Part shown: positions 54,961 to 64,000 of the stretch, one piece after another | Layout: each line of letters starts with the position of its first letter | Position numbering within the stretch: the first letter of the stretch is position 1 | DNA from: Iphione sp. A-MEVVRFRX5 | Lineage: Eukaryota | Assembly: GCA_976226885.1 (NCBI GenBank) | Contig: OZ320314.1 | Coordinates: 41,168,001 to 41,232,000, forward strand | Direction of reading: 5' to 3' | Length of the DNA stretch: 64,000 nucleotides | The notes under the pieces: model-generated | What the model was told of the DNA's origin: nothing | Seen by the model: the letters and a program-made list of their open reading frames with translations, nothing else | The model's database searches: none | Translations under genes and position numbers: made by a program

Positions 54961-56272
54961 TATTAGAGATGAAGGCTCTATAAGTTATACTCCATCAGGA
55001 CGAGAGAACGGCCAGGTAGGGAGTATCTGGTCGAATGGCGTTAAGTTAGTCTTCTATTATAACCTACGTACCTGACTACCGTATACTAGCAAGTATACTA
55101 GCAAGACAGCTCAATGTTCGTAGAGACCGTCAAACAATAACCGTCTTATGTATTTGGCAATACTCTCGACTTCTTTTAGTACATTTATATTTTAAAGAAT
55201 CCACCATGTTTTAACATAGACAACTTCAGTGGTAACTCTCCCCAGCGGTCAACTCTGGTTGCAACCAATTTATGACCATTAAGTGAGGTGAAACCTAGAG
55301 AGGGCAATAATCCGTTTCAAAGTCGCTAAACCATGGAGAGTTCTAAGCGACTGCTGAGGGGAGGTCGCTGCGAGTGTTTTCTCTTATGTTGTGATGATGG
55401 ATCAGCCATCGTATTCCTCTAGATTAGCAGGTGCATTTAGTGCCTTTTAGGGCTGCGAGTGGATATACGGTGACCTCTTGGTGAGAATAATGGGTCCGTT
55501 CAACATGTTGATGAGTAATATGTTTCAATGTTGAACTACAAGGCAGCGGATCTTATCTGAAGTCAAAGGGGAATCAGTTAAGCATGCGTTGACCTTTCAC
55601 CGGGACTTACTTTGAACATGTCAACAAAAGCATGTTTATATCTAGACAACACTCAACAGTTTCGTTCCGATAGGTGAAAAACAAACGTGTACATCCTACT
55701 TTACACCAAGGGTAATGTATTACTATCGACTACCTCAGAAGGAGCATATCATGAGCCACTCGACTCCAAAGTGTTGCTAACCTGGCAACTGTCTTGGCAG
55801 CTTTCAGACCGTCGCTTCAGGTAAGACATAGGTTGCCTTTGATGCGGCTTGAGCGGCTTGGGTGAGCGCCGTGGGAGGCAGCTCAATTATTAATGGAATC
55901 AGACCCAGTAGGCGTGAATGTTGCCCCTGATAGTTGAGGCATTTGTTAGACGGGCCATAAATAATACTTGGGGGCCCAGATTGTCTTGAGTGAGACCACT
56001 TCGGAAGCCTCGAAGGGAAGACTGTAGACAGTACTGTTAAAAATAAAAACGTAATTAGGATTCGACTTGTCATTAGCAAATTATCTTTTTCTCCCAAAGT
56101 CGCCGGTACTTAGACAAGGCAGGAGGCTTAGTAAGTTGCACTGTGTTTTATGCGTTGCAAGGTGTATTGTACTGTGTGGCATCTTCATCAACACCTCCTG
56201 TTCACATAAAATAGCAACACGCAACATGTCTCGCAACTGCATGTCGCTGCCATTACATCTGTCCCTATCTGT

Positions 56273-56329
56273 CTGACCTCAGATCTGACCCACTAAGGCT
56301 GACCTCACATCTATGACCCGGTCTGACAC
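56273..56329. repeat. ~27-bp degenerate tandem duplication carrying five TGAC(C/A)N hexamers
   Basis: CTGACCTCAGATCTGACCC / CTGACCTCACATCTATGACCC; hexamers start at 56274, 56286, 56300, 56314 and 56324. Confidence 0.65.
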
Positions 56330-57119
56330 AAGGTACCACACTCTCCACTCGACTTCGACCAGAAGCTGTCAGGGATCATGTTCGGCATAACCTTTGGCTA
56401 CTATCTGCTATCGGTTGGGGCCGGCTGAGATATAAGAGGGTGATATTGTTAGGTGCGGGTCAATTAGACAAGGGGTGTAAATGGAACATAACTTTGGTTA
56501 TAGTATTTGCTGGTAAAGATGTGATTTGGTTTTGGGGCTCGTAGTTGAGGAGTACGCGGGAGGTGGTGTTATGACGTGCCTGTCTAATGGCACGAAAGGT
56601 CCTTTTTCAAACGCATGTACTTAAATAATTGCTTTTAAATGGGTGTTTCGTGACGCTCCATTTGCAAAATAGGTGTAATTTGCATTTACAAGTATGATTT
56701 GTCTAGATCTATATGGGATTTTAGCAGAGGCAAGCACAATTGACTCATTTCTATTGGGGCCTCTATGCATATGGATAAAGTGGGACAACTATTCTCGGAT
56801 CACTGTACCATCGCGTAAAAATACAGCTGCCTTCCTGCTAAGCCGCCAAATACGCTATGTTTATTCTTTATTCATTCAGCTTATTATGGAATGTCCGGGT
56901 GGAGGCCACCGCGATAGACATCTGTATAAACACACCATTCGTCTCAGAAGAGGGCTGTATGCTGAGAGAGCGGAAAAAAGACACCGACTGTTATACTCTT
57001 GCCTGGCCGCGAGACAGGCATAGTAGGGTCATCGAATCTGATGAGGTGTAAGCGATAATTTGTCAAAATAACGAATGATGATGCCATCAATGATGACCGC
57101 CCGAGGGCGCGTCGAGCGC

Positions 57120-57360
57120 TCACCAACTCAATGTCTCGCGCCCTGTCATTGGCCAAGACTTCGCGTCGCTATAGGCGACACAGCGTCAAATATGCAAATG
57201 AGGTGCCCACGTCAGGACCAGTGCCTAATGAGACATCGGCAATGGGACATTAAATCAATAGCGCTGCCTCATGGTAATGAGGCCTGGGCAGACCAGACTG
57301 AAGAACAATGGTAAAAGGGGCTCCTAATAATGACTGTGTGTAAGGGGCCGCCATCTTCCC
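57120..57360. promoter_or_regulatory. Motif-dense enhancer/promoter island
   Basis: Inverted CCAAT (57148-57152), ATGCAAAT (57192-57199), CACGTCA (57208-57214), TAAATCAAT (57251-57259), AACAATGG (57304-57311), YY1-type GCCGCCATCTT (57347-57357). Confidence 0.4.
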
Positions 57361-60300
57361 GGTTTACAGGGGCTCCGCCACGAGCCGAACGATGTAGATT
57401 AGGTAAGGCCCCAAAACATCTTTAAGATTAATACCCAAAGAAGAAGACAGCAGTACTTCATCGTCTAAGGCATGATTTAATCCAAACAACAGTTTAATAC
57501 ATTATCACGCTGTCCTTGTATGGATAGCTGAGGTAATCAGCATTGAAAGGCTCTATTTAAAATAAGAGAATACCATTCTGTTGGTATCTAGCACAAAGAG
57601 TAGTCTCATTTTACGGCAATATACAGCTAAAAATGACCTATTTAGTCTTTATTTCATCCAGTTGGTCAATTTAAGCGTACATGTTTAATGATCTTTGCAT
57701 GTCCTCATCAATTTACAGGTCCTATTTGTATTGGCGAGAAGTAGGGTAACTTTCTTGTGCACAGCAAAGTGCTTCCTGTGTGCGTAAGTTCCGTTTCATT
57801 TCATTGTATCTTTTACCAGGAACTACATATTCCCTATCACATGACTGGGCTCTTCCATATCCTCCGTTCCTTCTTGATCTTACGTTAGTGGCAGCAATGC
57901 ATAAACTGTGGACGGCTAAAGTACAACTAGTTAAACGAACACAGGGATACATTTGAGAAGATGATGCAGGAAATTGCTTGGAACTTTGACTCTCCGGTTT
58001 ACTTTCCTTTCGTTTAGTTCTTTCCTACGGGAAAATTAGTTTTCTGCCATTACCTTTTCTCGGAAAAGTCCGCCTAAACTGTTTTATCTGTTTTTTTTGT
58101 TTCGATGCTTCCTGAAAATATGCTTGTTTTTTGCAGTTATCATTTCTCAGCAAAGCGCACGGGTTGTTTACTAAACGTTACACGCACCCACAGGCATCGC
58201 CTCAATATTTGATTTGTAGGGCAAACAGTATTAGGCCGACGCAATCTCAGGACGGCGTGTTGGTAGGGTTCAGAGGGATAAACACTCTCCTAGTGAGCAA
58301 GTATTTTCATTCCAGCCTTCCAACCGAACGGCTTCTGGGGACCACCTTATCGGCGCCGCCTTTTACACCTAGTGCTATGTGAGCGTGACTGTGTGCGTGT
58401 GTATAGTATGCGTATGGCTTGGGTGTGCCTGCTTGTTTGTACATGGGGCCGTGGATGCTGATAGGCCATTCCAGCCAAGTAGTTGATAAGGTTTCAGCGC
58501 TGACGCAGAGGAGCAGAGCAGACAGGGTTGACCATAAACCGGTATAGCTCCTACCAGGGCCGTATCTGAATATCCAAGCAGAACAGAGTTATGAGTTAGT
58601 CGCGATCACTTGCCGGATGTCCTAAAAGTGTAAAGTTGCTGGTCCCTTACCTACCGACTGACCTGTGGTCAGAATAAATATATGTCCTTTATATGGGCTC
58701 TTTTCGCTAGTCAAACATCATTGTTTTTAACATTAATTTGTTATGCCCAAGCAAATCTCCAGGCATAGTCAGACTCCGGGACCGTGCACTAAATGTCCCA
58801 TTGGACACTCTGTGACAGAGAAACCCCAGCTTCTTTGCACCAGCCGACATCATTCCGTGGAGGTGCTTTCATGCCAACGCCAGGGTTGGTTATCAGCAGT
58901 TGGTGACAGGCGTGAAGCCGCGGCCGGCAAGAGGCTTGCATTGGGTGAGCAGTCGCCTCAATTTTCCCCCCATGCCTTTTGGAATGGTCGAAAAGCTGGG
59001 ACCGGTAGCCGCCTCTCCGAAAACCTGGGGTTGAAGCTAGAAATTGGCAGAAAGCGATATCTATTTAAAGGTACAATTGACTGGCTGCCAAAAAGCGCTG
59101 GGTCTAGGGTGCGAAGGAATTCGTGGGTTGGCTTGTGAACTGATTAGAAAATCAGACGTAAATCTGCGAGTTGATTAAAAAGTTTGAAATGCTCGCCCGA
59201 GACACATAGCTTCTAAGATGGCAACGCAGTAGTGGGTTTCGATTTGCGAGTTGTGTAAATCATATAATTTATTACTTTGATTAAGGTGAAAGGGAAAAAG
59301 AAGGCGGATGGAAATTTAAACTGATAGACATGATAAGTTTACATAATGGGGAGCCTGCGAACGAATGGGGCAGAAATATTACCAGACAAATTAGAAAATA
59401 TTCTACGAGGTAGTCAACGTTTAACAGCGACTCATGAAAAAACACGTGTAATAACTGGAGTATTTGCTGCGCACTGAGAAAACATTTGAGAGGAGAAAAC
59501 ATTTCGATGAGGAATGAATTAGGATGGGCAGCAAACTATTTACCGCCAGTTGTTATAGCATTAGCACGAAAAAATGGACGGCTGTAGAGGAATGAGGGGT
59601 GGCGAAGTGCTGGAAAAGTGGACAGATAACATTGCTGTTCTAGCTACGATAAGCTCACTAGATACGCCCCTTATATGACGGCGACACACAGGCACTGATC
59701 GGTAGGTGAAGGAGGATGGAATGCAGGGAAACGAACGAGGTATCGGCGATGACAGCTGAAGCATCTCTGTGCTGATGTATTTGTAGCAATGAGTGGGGAT
59801 CACGCATGAAGAAGAGATGGAAGGAGTGAGAGATAAAATAAGATAAAAGAGAGGCGTGGGAGACAGGTAAATAAATACAGGGACAGACAGCTGGATATAT
59901 AGCCTGAGGACGCTACACGATGACTTGCTAAAAGGTCGTAGGCAAACCAAAGTGCACCAAGGTCACAGAGGTAGTAGAGACGGTTCGGGCTGTCTGTGGT
60001 GCTCAGTGGTTGGTGCTGACCGAGGTAATGGTAGCAGACTGTACGGACCAACCGTACCTGATTGTATAGATAAAAAGATACCTATGCTCTCCCACGAGCC
60101 ACTCAGTCGACTTAACACAGGCGTGAAGGCGGGCCTAGGATATGAGCGATAATAGAGGACAACAGGTCAGGTTTGCCGATATAGAATGGTAGTTATAGCA
60201 CAGACAATTGAATGCGTCAGTATAGGTGTTTCTATGTGAAAGGGACCACACACAGTCACTCATATTTTATTATATACTGCTACCGATTCATGGAGAATAC

Positions 60301-60789
60301 CCCGCGGTGGTGGTGTTCAGTACAATGTTATTGTTTGCAATCATTGTTGTTGGTGACAACTTTGAAAAGGAAAAATTCAGATTTAAGTAATTCCCCAACG
60401 TAGTGCAGAATGTAGTTTGAAGTAGCGTATAGCGAGTACATATTAATAAACATCGCTCTGGCAACCAAACAGAATAACACTAATGACCGTAGTCTTGCAG
60501 AAGTCCTCAATGTAGAAGCAACTTGGGATTACACATCCATCCGTGTTGTGGCCATTCTTTACATTCCTCCTGAACCATGGTTTCAAGGTTACAGGCTGGA
60601 CCGAAAAGTTAATGTTCCATACGGAGAACAGACGTTAAATATCAATATATTGTATTTCGCAATGTCAAGTGAAGCAACACAATCCTTAAATCTGACTATA
60701 TACATGGTTTAATCCTATTTCCTAACCACTTTTGCAGCGATAGCTCCACGCATGGTGAAATGTCGCTGACACTTTCATAGACTTATATA

Positions 60790-61154
60790 TAGGCCAAAAA
60801 AAATCGGTGTGTTTCTGGTAACCCACCTCTATCTAGCAAAACCTCACCCTACCTAAAAAATTTTTGGCCTCAAAGAGTTTTGAAGGCTGAATTTCCTTAA
60901 ATTTGTGTTTTCATAGCACATGTTTTTGGTAAATTCAGTAGAAAAACAAGAAAATCCATGGAAATTCAGCAAAGAACTGTAAAATTCATCAAATCAGTCA
61001 AAATTCTCTATATCATCTTTATTAATATTGAAAGCCAGAGGAAGAAAGTGGACAACAAAATTTAAAAAAAAAAGATACCCCCCCCTCCCTACCTAGGTTT
61101 TTGGTGGGCTGTTACCAGAAACACACCTATTTTTTTTGGGGGGGGGGGGGCATA
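60790..61154. mobile_element. Non-autonomous DNA transposon (MITE) with ~35-bp terminal inverted repeats and TA at both ends
   Basis: Left end TA-GGCCAAAAAAAATCGGTGTGTTTCTGGTAACCCACC (60790-60827). Right end GGTGGGCTGTTACCAGAAACACACCTATTTTTTTT-G13-CATA (61103-61154) is its reverse complement apart from small indels and an expanded G run. No internal ORF. Confidence 0.75.
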
Positions 61155-63479
61155 AGCTGCATGTTGTCTTATACTCAAACAGTCATCTACCAAGCCGTAC
61201 AAATTAACAAATTCTTCACATAATATAAATAAACTTACAGAATGTGATTGTTGATATGTTTTCTGTATGCTTGTAACTTTTCATAATTCTGTTTACAATA
61301 TACCCAAAGATATTTATAGATATCATTGACTACAATGCTAGACATCTTTGGTTGGCTATGGTTTCAAATCCCAATCTTTTGAAAGCTGCATCATGATGGC
61401 CAAGCCGACTGTCATGTCACAAAAGCACTTGGTCAATAGCCATTCCCATGGCACAGTCTCCTTTCTATCAGAAAATGAGGTTTTAGTATTGCGTAGATGG
61501 AAACTCACCCGCATCAGAAAGAAAGAAAGATCTTCTGCACCTTTTGAGAGCAACCCAAAAAACACTACGCTATCAAGTCATAGAGATTCAAGACACCCCG
61601 ATACACGGACATAAAAATTATACGATTCCTGCTTGATCTACAGAAACGTAGAGACAAGGGGACTTCAAGATCGGCAGGAGTTCGGATATAAGGGACACGA
61701 GTAGGAGAGACAACGGTAAACAAAATCCAAGATGAGATAGAGGGCTGAGGCTAGCGTTGATTTTTAGATTGATCCGTAGCAAAACCTGTGAGGGATATCA
61801 TTTATATCTTTAAAGATTTCTGGGCTGATACATATTAGCAAATAAAAAGTTTTTTTTTAAGTAAAAGATTACGGAGGTGTAGTTACAAAACGGAGCAACA
61901 GCGGAATGTAGTACTGCTACGTACCATGGAATACTCTAGGGAAGAAAGAGACGTAATGGTAGTGTACAAGCGGGATAATATAGCACAATTTAAATCTTAG
62001 CAGAAAGCATTCTTTACAAAAAGACAAGAAGGAAGGGGAATATACATCCGAGCTCGGAGAGTTTTAGTGCAGACAGGACAAAAATATTGATTTCTCAAAG
62101 CATCAAGAACGTCTCCAAGATTCGACTTCAATATCTTGGCAACAGTTCAACACTGATCACCGTCCCGCTCAGTAGGTTTTTCCTTAATGTGATAATCCAA
62201 CAGATGGGCCATCATATTAAATTTTAGTTCAGTTTTAGCACTTTTTTTCAGAACTGACCCCAACGACAGCTTTTCTCAGCTTACCTTGTTGTAAATTATT
62301 GTCTCAGTGAGAGTTCCAGCATACTATACCTACACTTGTACTCTTTCTGTCAATGGTGACTGAATTTGATCTGTCAGATAGCCTTGTAGAACATAAAGTA
62401 ATCCCGGTTCCAATATTAATTGAATATCACGTAGAGTGCATTCGTTAATATAATGCTAATGTGATGTGATGCTACTGTAATCACACAACACGTCTACGCA
62501 GGTTCCCAAGACATTTCAGCTCATAAATTTAATATGATGAGCGAGTCAGTGCAACTGCCAGACGCATTCAGTAAAGGCTCTCATCATCAGATCCAAGTGC
62601 TACCTGCTACTTTATTACATGTAACATGGATCGTATATTGTCGAGCTCTGCTCGCCAAATGTCCCTATATAAGACTTCTAATGCAATAAATGGCAATTAT
62701 CTCCGTATAAAGATGTTGATAAACGTAAAAAAAATCCTGGTTTCACTGCAAGAATTCGTAAAAATTATGTATACATGTATATGAATGAACACAACGTCAA
62801 GATAACACGGTTAAGGGAACTGAATGGTTTAATCAACCCATTGGAAAGGGATCCCTTTCCGGATAAGTAATTACCCTTGTACACTGTGGCATTAGTTTGA
62901 AAATCATTGAAACCTGGTGGGAGTCGTTCTTGTTTGATACCACCCAAAAAAATAAAAGACAGGTTGACTAAAAACTTGTCAAATCTAGCTTGATGTGGTT
63001 TTGCTATAAACAAATTTAAAAAAAGATTGTGGAAATCCCGAGAAACACCACTCCCGTATGAGTACACTCAAGTTAAGCAAAGGAGCGAGTTTTGAAAACA
63101 AGATAAAACAGCATAACGACGAATTTGATGTATTTGATGCAGTTCTACAGATTGCAGAATGCAGGGAGAATCATATTGCAAACGTATGGCAGCATCCATT
63201 TGTCGGATAAGAAGTTGTAATGGTAGACGAGCTAGATGTAATGTTGGGTGTCAGTGAACAAATAGATAAATACTGCCAGCCGTAATTCTAGGTTAAAGTA
63301 AGAAAAAAGGAGATGCATACTTGTCTTCACAAAGTAAGAGAGATTCAATACTAAACTAGCAGAGGGGACGTGGTCGCCCTTCTTCCTTGACTGTGCTCAA
63401 CGGTCAAGTGTGGTTAACAGAATCGGTACTGGCTTTGTGTGAGCAAGATGCGCCTTGCGTTGTAACGAGACCTGTGTGG

Positions 63480-63660
63480 GACCGGAAACCTGTCGCTCCG
63501 TTCCCTAACGTCCGCGCGACTATTGTGCACGCCCCCTATCGGTATGCACACGAATGTCGGCTGGGCGGGCTAACCAATCTCCTGGAGGACAGGAAGATGG
63601 CGGACGTTGGGCGGTAATTGCCAGCATCAGTGCCCGGTCACACCGCTAGAGGGCCAGTCG
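63480..63660. promoter_or_regulatory. Promoter-like island with CTCF motif
   Basis: GC box GGGCGGG (63563-63569), CCAAT (63574-63578), YY1-type AAGATGGCGG (63594-63603), CTCF-like CCGCTAGAGGGC (63643-63654). Confidence 0.4.
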
Positions 63661-64000
63661 CGTTGTGGCCGGAGTGCAGAAGTGCACTGACATCCTCGCA
63701 GTGGGTGATATTGGAGAGTGGGGTGGGGTTGGGGGTGGGGGGTTACCATATACGTGAGGGTCGCCTGGCCTGGGTAGAGTTGCGGAGTGGCAACCTGTCA
63801 AGCGTTAGACATTGGCGCTGACCAGTGCTTCCAGCAAGGAATAACAGATACTCGCTTTTCGTCCAAATGTAGGGACGTCTGTCCATGCGTGTACACAGAA
63901 CTCAACGAGAGGTAACTTTGATCAAATGAATAGGTCTTGACGTTCTACAGGATGCCAGTCCTCTTGGATATCAAACAGACAAAGCAACCATGCAGTAACA

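Noticed and set aside
59560-59950. 129-aa minus ORF with faint GIY-YIG/Penelope C-terminal resemblance
   Set aside because: No intact GIY-YIG motif; resemblance too weak to call.
59986-60020. REST/NRSE-like motif on the minus strand (TGAGCACCACAGACAGC)
   Set aside because: Four to five mismatches including the GGACAG core, and it lies in probable retroelement-derived sequence.
1-64000. CRISPR arrays, rRNA, snRNA (U1/U2/U6), operon-like or defence systems
   Set aside because: No identical repeats with unique spacers, no recognisable RNA gene sequence, and no prokaryote-like gene density.

Overview
Eukaryotic genomic DNA from a bilaterian animal. It is probably an invertebrate, plausibly a lophotrochozoan, but that is inferred only from the style of the one protein I recognise. 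One coding segment can be supported: a 1203-nt internal exon on the minus strand (34410-35612) encoding a C2 domain and the N-terminal half of a RhoGAP domain of the Syd-1/RhoGAP100F/SYDE family. I found no other exon of this gene in the ~34 kb downstream or ~28 kb upstream, so most of the window appears to be very long introns. These contain decayed LINE relics (best copy 42.9-44.8 kb), a TIR-bounded MITE (60.8-61.2 kb), short tandem repeats, a 128-N assembly gap, and about a dozen short CpG-rich islands dense in transcription-factor-like motifs (CTCF, ETS, RFX X-box, NRF1, octamer, YY1, Pbx-Hox). Several islands sit at a sharp switch from pyrimidine-rich to purine-rich sequence on the + strand. 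I found no CRISPR array, tRNA/rRNA gene or prokaryote-type system, and the other ORF-track entries look like chance ORFs. I cannot support a claim of a new biological system; the findings are modest, testable hypotheses about regulatory architecture, RNA/DNA structure and repeat relics.
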